Part shown: positions 1-7,638 of the stretch, one piece after another
Numbering within the stretch: the stretch's first letter is position 1
How the letters are laid out: every line of letters starts with the position of its first letter
DNA from: Candidatus Tenderia sp.
Lineage (GTDB): Bacteria > Pseudomonadota > Gammaproteobacteria > Tenderiales > Tenderiaceae
Direction: 5' to 3'
Assembly: GCA_031416075.1 (NCBI GenBank)
Contig: JANOSY010000012.1
Coordinates: forward strand, 1 to 26,737
DNA length: 26,737 bases
Translations under genes and position numbers: made by a program
Notes under the pieces: model-generated
What the model saw: the letters and a program-made list of their open reading frames with translations, nothing else
Databases searched by the model: none
What the model was told of the DNA's origin: nothing

Positions 1-138
1 ACGACAACAGCGATGAAATTCTTGGCGTTCTTCTTCTGTGAGTGAGATAGCAACGGGGACAGGCATAGTCAGCGCACCAGAAAATAAGGAAGGAGTAGCG
101 CTATTATATATGATCACACTATTTGTTACAGTACACTA
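1..138 (-). mobile_element. Probable left end of an IS630-family element with transposase N-terminus (ATG at 66, runs off the window)
   Basis: Minus strand from 66 reads MPVPVAISLTEEERQEFHRCCR, resembling the IS630 N-terminal 'I.LT.EER.EL.R' helix. The element ends at ...GTACACTAG (131-139), consistent with IS630 ends and TA/CTAG targets. Only 22 codons are visible. Confidence 0.5.
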
Positions 139-195
139 GCGGGGTAGGTGCGGGTGTGAGCGGACACGTTGTGCCCACCCAAATCATCAATAAAA

Positions 196-420
196 TCAGT
201 TGTTATCGTCGAGTACGTCGTCGCTCCAGTCATCACCCAGGCGGGCGCGCAACTCTTTGCGCTCACGCAGTAACTCCAGTTTGCGCCGTGCAGCCATACT
301 GCTTTTGGTTTTTTCGCTGCCAGTACTGGTATTTACCTGGATGTCTTCATTGTCAAACGCGACCTCAATCTCATCGTCATCGTCATCAGGGACTATCGGC
401 TCATCTTTTTCGTCACGCAT
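196..420 (-). CDS. Small acidic protein (74 aa), resembles PA3496-family proteins
   Basis: GAGG RBS 6 nt before ATG at 420 (the ORF track starts at TTG 426). Asp/Glu-rich N- and C-termini flank an ARRKLELLRERKELRARLGD helix. Confidence 0.7.
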   Translation of the reverse strand: MRDEKDEPIVPDDDDDEIEVAFDNEDIQVNTSTGSEKTKSSMAARRKLELLRERKELRARLGDDWSDDVLDDNN

Positions 421-670
421 ACTCAACCTCTATGTACAACAGCGCCATTTTTAACCCCGGTCTGCCGAGGCAGCGGGGGTTTTAATAACGTGGGATTTTC
501 GCCACCTTATAAGGCAAAACCGAACGATAGACAACTTCTTTTTGCATCAGGGTTATCGGCATGACACCGAAACACCATGATTATGTCAGTGCTGTTATGT
601 AAAAAAACAGCATGGTTGCCGGTTCGATGGCTAATGTTGTTTTGATCGCTGAGGTCAAGCAGGCCACTAT

Positions 671-2209
671 TTATGCCGGTAGCAGTGTTTGTCCCCCCTT
701 TTCAGATTGGGGGATGCGGCCGTGACGCAGGTCAAGACGGCGGACAAATTCGCCCATGACGATCTGATAGAGTTTTTCTTTGAGGACGAGATCTTCTACC
801 CCCTGCTCCAAGCTCGGATTGTCGTTGACTTCAATGACATAGACACCTTGGGCGGTCTGTTTCATATCAACACCATACAGGCCATCGCCAATCAGGTTGG
901 CCGCTTTCAGGGCTGTTTCGACCACCTCTGGCGGCGCATCCTCCACCGCACAGGTTTTAAAACCGCCATGCACGGGGTTGCCGTCGTTGTCATACCGGAC
1001 AATCTGCCAATGTTTTTTGCTCATAAAGTATTGGCTGGCAAAAAAGGGTTTGCGGTTGAGTACACCTATACGCCAGTCAAACTCGGTATAGATATACTCC
1101 TGGGCCAGGATTAGCTCAGAACTCTTGAAGAGGCGGGCGGAGATCTCCCGCAGTTTTTCTGAACTCTCTGCTTTAAACACCCCACTGGAGAAGGCGCCGT
1201 CTGGTACTTTGAGCACAATCGGAAAACTGATCTGCTTTTCAGCGGCATCGAGATCATTTTTACCGATGATGATGGTCTTGGGGGTATTGATACGGTTGTT
1301 ACGCAGCAGCTCGGCCAGATAGACCTTGTTGGTGCAACGCATGATGGAGGTGGGATCGTCCATCACTACCATGCCTTCACTCTCGGCCTTTTTGGCAAAG
1401 CGGTAGGTGTAGTGGTTAATGTTGGTGGTAACACGGATAAAGAGCGCGTCATACTCCGCCAGACGTGAGTAGTCACGCTTTTCGATCAAATCGACATCAA
1501 CCCCCAGCTGTCGCCCCGCCTTGATGAAGAGCTGTAGCGCCTTTTTGTCAGACGGGGAGAGGGGGTCTTCCGGGTCGTGCAGGATGGCCAGATCGTAGCG
1601 GGCGGGCACACGGCTGCGCGGCTCACGCCACCGCTTTTTCAGGTAGTGGTTGAGTGCAGAGGTGAACTCCTCACGACTCTCTCCCTTCAGCTGGCGCACC
1701 GACTGTTGTTTGATGGCGCTGATATACCACTTGTCGAGCCGTTTAAAGGTCACTTTCAGCAGCGGTGCAGAGAAGGTCTCAAAGATCTGACGTGCCAGGC
1801 TGCTGAGCTCCTCATAACGGCAACGGCCAAAAAATATTTTAAACTCAAAGAGGGGGGCCGCCCCATCGGCACTGACCTCGGTGCTGTGGCTCTCACCATA
1901 TTTTTTGAACGCCTTCTGCACACTCTCGTCCAGAGTGGCGGCATCCAGGCTGTACATCGACTTGCTACTGAGGTCGAGCATACATTTAACCGTCGGGATA
2001 ATCCGGTGGTTACGGGCCTCGGCCAGCAGTGAGCAGTAGTAACCAACACTCAGATAGCGGTAGTCGTGGCAGAGGTTGATCACCTGGGCCCCCTTGAGCT
2101 TGCAGTAGTGCTCCGCCGTCAGGTAATCATCAATATCCACCACCGGGCACTCAACATCCGTAAAAATAGTGTTACTTGGATCTTCAGTCACAATGATCTG
2201 GGTGGTCAT
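671..2209 (-). CDS. RimK-family ATP-grasp ligase with N-terminal RLAN domain
   Basis: RLAN motif VINLCHDYRYLSVGYYCSLLAEAR; ATP-grasp motifs CTNKVYLAELL, FPIVLKVPDGAFSSGVFK, QEYIYTEFDWRIGVL, GLYGVDMK, VIEVNDNPS. Confidence 0.92.
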   Translation of the reverse strand: MTTQIIVTEDPSNTIFTDVECPVVDIDDYLTAEHYCKLKGAQVINLCHDYRYLSVGYYCSLLAEARNHRIIPTVKCMLDLSSKSMYSLDAATLDESVQKAFKKYGESHSTEVSADGAAPLFEFKIFFGRCRYEELSSLARQIFETFSAPLLKVTFKRLDKWYISAIKQQSVRQLKGESREEFTSALNHYLKKRWREPRSRVPARYDLAILHDPEDPLSPSDKKALQLFIKAGRQLGVDVDLIEKRDYSRLAEYDALFIRVTTNINHYTYRFAKKAESEGMVVMDDPTSIMRCTNKVYLAELLRNNRINTPKTIIIGKNDLDAAEKQISFPIVLKVPDGAFSSGVFKAESSEKLREISARLFKSSELILAQEYIYTEFDWRIGVLNRKPFFASQYFMSKKHWQIVRYDNDGNPVHGGFKTCAVEDAPPEVVETALKAANLIGDGLYGVDMKQTAQGVYVIEVNDNPSLEQGVEDLVLKEKLYQIVMGEFVRRLDLRHGRIPQSEKGGQTLLPA

Positions 2210-3345
2210 ATTGGCTCTCCATGGGTCGTGGCCACAATCTGTTGGCCCTTAGGGTAGATAATCAGTGCGGCGCGCTGGCCGCTTCTTCCGTAACGTGCCA
2301 TCTGCTCAAACTCGTGTTTCAGGATAGGCATATTGATGCAATCGGTAACACTCTTGCCTTTGTCTACATCCACAAATGAGTCATGTACATAGATAAACCG
2401 GTCGTCATAGCCGGTGACCACTACCCAGTGTGGAAACTTCTCCTTATATATACGATACGAACTGATCAAAATGACCGGTATCCCCCCGAGGGCCATTTTG
2501 CTGATCATCTCCGGCACCCGAATCGGGCGATAGTGAAGCGGGATCTGCGCCTGTTCGATCTCGGCAAGAAAATCCTCCTCCACCAGGCGCATCACCTCTT
2601 TTTTCTCCTCACTTCGCACACTGTCGACAAACATAGTGCCCAAATCGTTCACAAAAACCTCCAGCGGAAAATCGCGCTGGTAGGCGGACAGTGCCATGCC
2701 ATAGGGGCCACAGCCACCGTGTCCAGCCGTCATGAAGATGGTGGTGGCTTCGCGCCAGAGCCGTAGCTCCAGGCGTCGCCCCAATACCAGGGAGTCGTCC
2801 ACCGTCTTCATCGCCATCATCAAGGTGGCCGGACCGCAGGTGAACTCCAGTGTTTGTTGATAGTAGGGAACATGGGCAAGGCTCTGCTCCAGATTGGCGA
2901 CCAAGCGCTTCTCCATCCGCAGTGCGCTCATGTGATCTTCGTAGTAATCGGTATAGGTGCCAAACTCCCGATACCCCATGCCCTTAAAAAGCCCGATAGA
3001 GGCGTGGTTATCGGTACGGATCTCCAGCCGCATGGTGACGCAATCACGGGCGCGGGCCGCGTTTTCTGCTGCGTCGGTCAGCTGTCGACCCAGGCCGGAG
3101 CGGTGCAGGGCGGGGTCCACCGCAATGGAGTAGAGCCGCGCCAGCGAGGTGCCCCGGTGGAACAGCACCAGCACATAACCGGTCACACTGCCTTCGTCCT
3201 CTTCCAGCAGGGTGACTGCCTTACCCCTGGCAATGAGGTGGCGAAAATTGCGTCGCGACAGCCGGTCGCTCTCAAAACAGCGCTCTTCAAGCGCCACCAA
3301 GGCGTCGATATCCTCAAGCCTGGCATCACGAATCATGGCGGTCAC
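2206..3345 (-). CDS. GNAT (RimI-like) acetyltransferase fused to a peptidase C39-like domain
   Basis: N-terminal GNAT (LYSIAVDPALHRSGLGRQL, LEIRTDNHASIGLFKGMGY); C-terminal papain-like motifs YYQQTLEFTCGPA and PHWVVVTGYD...YVHD. Overlaps the ATP-grasp gene by 4 nt (ATGA), implying translational coupling. Confidence 0.9.
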   Translation of the reverse strand: MTAMIRDARLEDIDALVALEERCFESDRLSRRNFRHLIARGKAVTLLEEDEGSVTGYVLVLFHRGTSLARLYSIAVDPALHRSGLGRQLTDAAENAARARDCVTMRLEIRTDNHASIGLFKGMGYREFGTYTDYYEDHMSALRMEKRLVANLEQSLAHVPYYQQTLEFTCGPATLMMAMKTVDDSLVLGRRLELRLWREATTIFMTAGHGGCGPYGMALSAYQRDFPLEVFVNDLGTMFVDSVRSEEKKEVMRLVEEDFLAEIEQAQIPLHYRPIRVPEMISKMALGGIPVILISSYRIYKEKFPHWVVVTGYDDRFIYVHDSFVDVDKGKSVTDCINMPILKHEFEQMARYGRSGQRAALIIYPKGQQIVATTHGEPI

Positions 3346-3453
3346 AACTTGCTACCGATGGGGTCATATGCGGTTGACCTTAGCATGAGGCGCTCACTCC
3401 CAGCAGAAAATTTTCACTTGTATTACCGCCGTCGCCCTTTCATCATCTAGGAC

Positions 3454-4614
3454 ATGAAAACACACGCCCCCACACTCCTGAAAATGGTGCACGACCTGAT
3501 CGCCGTGCCATCGATGAGCAGCGTCAGCCCCGCCTTTGATTGCAGCAACCGCGCGGTTATCGACCTGCTGGCCGGCTGGCTTGAAGCCGAAGGGTTTCAA
3601 GTTGAGATCACGCCGCTGCCAACTCAACCGCACAAAGCCAATCTGATCGCCACCCTCGGTGAGGTGCGCCCCGACAGCGCCGGGCTGATGCTGGCAGGTC
3701 ACACCGACACCGTTCCCTACGACGCAGCGCTATGGCGCTTTGACCCGTTCAAACTGACCGAGGCCGACAACCGCCTCTACGGTCTTGGCACCTCCGACAT
3801 GAAGAGTTTTTTTGCCCTCGCCATCGAAGCAGCACGGCGTTTTAATGCCAAGGATCTAAAACAGCCGCTGGTCATTCTGGCCACCGCCGATGAAGAGAGC
3901 TCCATGGACGGCGCGATACTGGTCAGCGAACAGGGGTGTCCTTATGTGCGCCACGCCGTTATCGGCGAACCGACCAACCTGCGCCCGGTCAACGCCCACA
4001 AAGGCATCATGATGGAGGCGATCCGCCTCACCGGCCACAGCGGCCACTCCAGCGATCCGTCGTTGGGCATCAACGCCATCGACGCCATGCACAAAGTCAT
4101 CGGCGACATCAGCCAGTGGCGCGAAGAGCTGCAACGCAACAACCGTGACAACCGTTTTGCGGTAAGTGTGCCAACACTTAACCTCGGCCACATCCACGGC
4201 GGCGACAACCCCAACCGCATCTGCGGCGCTTGCGAACTACACTTCGATCTGCGGCCACTGCCGGGCATGGAACTGGAAGAGCTGCGTGGCATCCTGCGCC
4301 AGCGCCTTGATCGACTCTTTAATAACTCACCCGTCGGCTGGGAGCTATTCTCACTCTCCACCGGCACACCACCACTGCACACCAGAGCCGACGCTGCCAT
4401 CGTGCAGAGTAGTGAACTACTCACCCACCACACCTGCGAAGCCGTGCCCTTCTGCACCGAAGGCCCCTACCTCGCCAGCATCGGCATCGAATCCATTATC
4501 CTCGGTCCCGGCGACATCGCCCAGGCGCATCAACCGGATGAGTATCTGGCGCTTGATCGGTTAAAGCCGACACTGGATATTTTGGAAGGGTTGATTAAAA
4601 GGTTCTGTATGTAA
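3454..4614 (+). CDS. argE: Acetylornithine deacetylase (M20A family)
   Basis: LAGHTDTVP, YGLGTSDMK, ATADEES, IGEPT, GHSSDP, IHGGDNPNRIC, FCTEGPY, GPGDIAQAHQPDEY. Confidence 0.93.
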   Translation: MKTHAPTLLKMVHDLIAVPSMSSVSPAFDCSNRAVIDLLAGWLEAEGFQVEITPLPTQPHKANLIATLGEVRPDSAGLMLAGHTDTVPYDAALWRFDPFKLTEADNRLYGLGTSDMKSFFALAIEAARRFNAKDLKQPLVILATADEESSMDGAILVSEQGCPYVRHAVIGEPTNLRPVNAHKGIMMEAIRLTGHSGHSSDPSLGINAIDAMHKVIGDISQWREELQRNNRDNRFAVSVPTLNLGHIHGGDNPNRICGACELHFDLRPLPGMELEELRGILRQRLDRLFNNSPVGWELFSLSTGTPPLHTRADAAIVQSSELLTHHTCEAVPFCTEGPYLASIGIESIILGPGDIAQAHQPDEYLALDRLKPTLDILEGLIKRFCM

Positions 4615-4658
4615 TGTTTAGCGATCATCTGATTAGTACCAGCGTAGGCTGGATGAAA
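4609..4658 (+). repeat. Degenerate partial copy (copy 0) of the composite REP element
   Basis: ATGTAA..TAGC.ATCATCTGAT..GCGTAGGCTGGATGAAA aligns by eye with ATGTAAATAGCTACCATCTGAT..GCGTAGGATGGGTGAAA of copy 2. It overlaps the argE stop. Confidence 0.5.
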
Positions 4659-4677
4659 CAGAGTTAAATGATAGGTA

Positions 4678-5274
4678 ATGAAGATTGTATTTGATACTAG
4701 AGAGTACATAGAAAAAGCTTGGAATATAGCTGAAAAAATCAGTATTGACAGTGAAATTACCACCCAATTTAAAGGGGCAATGTTCTACTCTATTTTGAAC
4801 ATTTGCGATGCGATGCAAATGCTCATTCAAAAAAGAAACTTCGTGTCTGCCAATATACTGTTCCGTTCATTGCTTGAGTACGTATTTCGTTCATATTGGC
4901 TAAATAGAATCGCTGATAAAAACGAAATTGTCCTGGCAATGGAGAATGATAAGTGGCCAAAAACAAAAAAAATCCATGAATTAATCGCAGGAAAAAATTC
5001 GATAATTGATATTTTTGCGAGTGAGAAATCGAAAATCCAGGATATATTACACAGCTATATTCATGGTGGGTCACAAAACCCATTAGGTCAGTTGGGAGGT
5101 AGTGGACACATTGAACCAAACATTCCTGATTCAGAAGCATCGTACCTACTCCATGTAATTCAACTCAGCATCTACGTTGCGCTATCCGAAATGACGCACT
5201 TATCTGGATCAGATAAAATTGAAGCAGAAATAGTCAAAATTGTTGAGGAATTATTAGCCCGTAGGTCCGATTAG
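4678..5274 (+). CDS. AT-rich helical hypothetical protein, DUF6988/DUF5677-like
   Basis: Motifs SANILFRSLLE...W and LHSYIHGG resemble these families. Visibly lower GC than flanking genes. The C-terminal ARRSD* is encoded by the REP. Confidence 0.7.
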   Translation: MKIVFDTREYIEKAWNIAEKISIDSEITTQFKGAMFYSILNICDAMQMLIQKRNFVSANILFRSLLEYVFRSYWLNRIADKNEIVLAMENDKWPKTKKIHELIAGKNSIIDIFASEKSKIQDILHSYIHGGSQNPLGQLGGSGHIEPNIPDSEASYLLHVIQLSIYVALSEMTHLSGSDKIEAEIVKIVEELLARRSD

Positions 5275-5473
5275 CGCAGCGTAATCGGACGGATGTAAAT
5301 AGCTACCATCTGATAAAACTAATAGTGTGTAGGATGGGTAAAATGAAATGGACCCCATCAACACTGATGACAAAATATGAAAGGTGGGGGAGTATTGAAA
5401 TTCCATGGCCGATGGTTTTCGTGACTGATTTTTGGAGTGATGGGTTGCGCTGCTCTCCACCCATCCTACGGGC
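5257..5473 (+). repeat. Composite GTAG-REP element, copy 1 (REP-A hairpin plus inverted REP-B pair, REPIN-like)
   Basis: GTAG+GTCCGATTA-gcgcagcg-TAATCGGAC hairpin, then GTAGGATGGG..CCCATC and an inverted GATGGGTT..CCCATCCTAC. Outer ends GCCCGTAG / CTACGGGC are inverted repeats. Confidence 0.9.
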
Positions 5474-5696
5474 TGATGTTCGATCGGAAGGGGCGCCTCA
5501 GAAAATGCGCCCATTTCTGTAATCCGGTGAACCACATAACAAATACGTATCAATGAAATCCAGATTTTGTAAATCCGCCGGAGAGCGTGTATAAATCGTC
5601 AGGAAGGAAATGCCCCAGAGTTGGGTGTTTGATTGCCCCAGGTTGGGGTCCATTTAATGTTAGGCCTCAGATGACTTCCCTGGAACTCTCGATGCG

Positions 5697-6725
5697 ATGA
5701 AACGCAGACTTTATTTACGGCGGTACCGCGCTTCCGAAATTGCAGTGCCAGAACTTGCGAAGAGTTCAAGCGCCATTGACGTCACTCTCCAAAGACTTTC
5801 GCAAGCGGCTCAACTTGGGTTATTAGCACTGGCAGTGTTCGGGTATTTCTACACAGTGCTTCCGAGCTACCAATTGGCAAGGCTTACTGAGGAGTCCGTC
5901 AAGAAGGATACGGATATTCGTAGATCCGAAAATCGTCTCAAGGTAGCTAGGACGGAGCTACTAGCCATTGAGGAGCGATCTGCCGAGCTTACTCGTGGGC
6001 TGACCATTGAAATCTCTAGGCTGAATCAAGATATCCAAATTCGCAAGATTGACTTGCATAAGCAGACTCAGTTGCTTCAGGAACTCGCGCTTGAAGTAGA
6101 TACAGCGAGAGCGACTGCCAAGACAGCAGAAGCTCGAGCCAAGGTAGCCTTCGGTGAACTCGCAAGACTAGAGGCGGTGTCGAACACTCAGTATCTATTG
6201 ATGCTTACACAGCTCACGGCTGACGCACAATTGATGGGTAAGACTCTTTGCTCTCTCGAGATTGAAAGAGAGTTCTCGATTTCAAAGTGTCTTCGCGAGA
6301 AGGTGATATCCCTACAGGTATTTGATAGCCTTCGGCCAGAACACAAAGCACAGTTCCTACAGGCAGCGGAGCGTTCTGCCAATGGCGCTGAACTTGCTAC
6401 AAACGACCTAAAGCAGTTAGCAAAGGAGAGGCGTGACTACCTAAACTGGGTTCTACTAATCTCTCGTCCACTGTGTGAAACATTAGGCTCTTTACGGACT
6501 CCCAGCACTAAGGCGCGTGAGTCAACAGAAAAGACTTCGGAACCTAAAGGTGTCGGAGATTTATTCACAAGCATTATGCTCCCCGCCCTCTGCAACTTTC
6601 CTGAAGGCATGAAATCATTGCTCGAATTGGAGATTAGGGTCGCCCGAGGCCTAGCCACAACTAAAATACTTTCTAGGGAATTTGGTCAAATTGCAAACGG
6701 CTCACAGGCCCGTAGGTCCGATTAG
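5697..6725 (+). CDS. Hypothetical membrane-anchored coiled-coil protein
   Basis: Single hydrophobic segment LGLLALAVFGYFYTVLP followed by a long heptad-like helix. The C-terminal ARRSD* is encoded by the REP. Confidence 0.7.
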   Translation: MKRRLYLRRYRASEIAVPELAKSSSAIDVTLQRLSQAAQLGLLALAVFGYFYTVLPSYQLARLTEESVKKDTDIRRSENRLKVARTELLAIEERSAELTRGLTIEISRLNQDIQIRKIDLHKQTQLLQELALEVDTARATAKTAEARAKVAFGELARLEAVSNTQYLLMLTQLTADAQLMGKTLCSLEIEREFSISKCLREKVISLQVFDSLRPEHKAQFLQAAERSANGAELATNDLKQLAKERRDYLNWVLLISRPLCETLGSLRTPSTKARESTEKTSEPKGVGDLFTSIMLPALCNFPEGMKSLLELEIRVARGLATTKILSREFGQIANGSQARRSD

Positions 6726-6971
6726 CGCAGCGTAATCGGACGCATGTAAATAGCTACCATCTGATCAAACTAATAGCGCGTAGGATGGGTGAAATGAAAT
6801 GGAATCCATCAATACCAATGACAAAATATGAAAGGTGGATGAGGATTGAAATTCCATGGTCGATGGTTGTCTCGGCCGATTTTGGGAATGATGGGTTGCG
6901 CTGCTCTCCACCCCTCCTACGGGCTGCCCCTAGTGGGTGTGGGTGTGGGTGACAACCGGATAGGAAAGGTG
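6708..6971 (+). repeat. Composite GTAG-REP element, copy 2, with a 3' extension shared with copy 3
   Basis: 6708-6924 aligns with 5257-5473; 6925-6971 (CCCCTAGTGGGTGTGGGT..GACAACCGGATAGG.AAGGTG) recurs at 10481-10521. Confidence 0.9.
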
Positions 6972-7262
6972 GTTTCTTTTCAATTTGTCATGCCTCGTCG
7001 CGATTGCCCGGAAATGTTTGAGTTTGGCAAAGGCATTTTCAACCAGATGGCGGTAGTTATATAAACCCCCGTCCATCTCCGCATTGCCTTTCGTCGACTT
7101 ACGCCGTCTTGGGATGACGGCCACTGAGCCGTTGGCGCTGATCTGCTCTCGCTGCTTCTCGCTGTCATACCCCTTGTCGGCAACAACGGCGGTTGCGGCC
7201 GGGATTCTGGCGGTCAGCGCGGGCACCACCGTGAACGGCTGATATCCAGGCGTAACGGTCAC
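6972..7262 (-). pseudogene. IS5-family transposase C-terminal fragment
   Basis: VVADKGYDS and YNYRHLVENAFAKLKHFRAIATRHDKL are IS5 (IS427/IS1031-type) DDE motifs. The N-terminal half is missing and the 3' end abuts repeat copy 2. Confidence 0.85.
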
Positions 7263-7638
7263 TCAACGCGCTACGTTGAATTATCCAGCACGGCCCCGAT
7301 CATCCCAGGCCGTGACTCTTGGAAAGCGATGGCGAACACCAAAAAATATTTGGAGGATTTCGAAACTACATCCGTACCTTGATTTCCCGCCAAGCCAGTC
7401 TAGACTTGGCAGCTGTAGGGATACTCTTTCATGCCTGACAAGGACAACAAGACCACGGGCAGCCTCATCTCCTCATGCATCGTTGACAAGCTTACGGCCA
7501 CTGGCAATACCGCTGTGACTGATGTACCCACCCTTGAGTCCTATACTCTAAGATCGTGTTTGACCCCATCCACTACAGGCGAGCTGCGGGGAATCAAACC
7601 CGAAGACAAATTTAATTCTCACGCTCAGGGAGTGCTCC

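Noticed and set aside
136-180. CTAG-GGGT-rich stretch resembling the extension of repeat copies 2/3 and a degenerate GTGGGCAC REP
   Set aside because: Low-complexity G/T similarity with many mismatches.
449-485. GC hairpin upstream of the small acidic gene as the ATP-grasp operon terminator
   Set aside because: The hairpin is real but lacks a U-tract on the minus strand; function cannot be assigned.
5254-5553. Short ORFs over the repeats (5254-5553, 5325-5522, 6846-7064, 10148-10549, 10198-10467, 13666-14106)
   Set aside because: They translate REP sequence, so their mutual similarity reflects the DNA repeat.
5490-5665. Possible full attC (ACATAAC..GTTAGGC) or IS5-like ends (GGGCGCCTCAGAAAA, GAGAGCGTGTATAAAT)
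   Set aside because: No convincing L-box pairing and no partner inverted repeat or transposase; too weak to call.
7263-7638. ORFs and hairpins between the IS5 fragment and the SBBP gene
   Set aside because: No recognisable protein motifs; AGCTGCGGGGAATCAAACCC looks like a repeat remnant but occurs once here.
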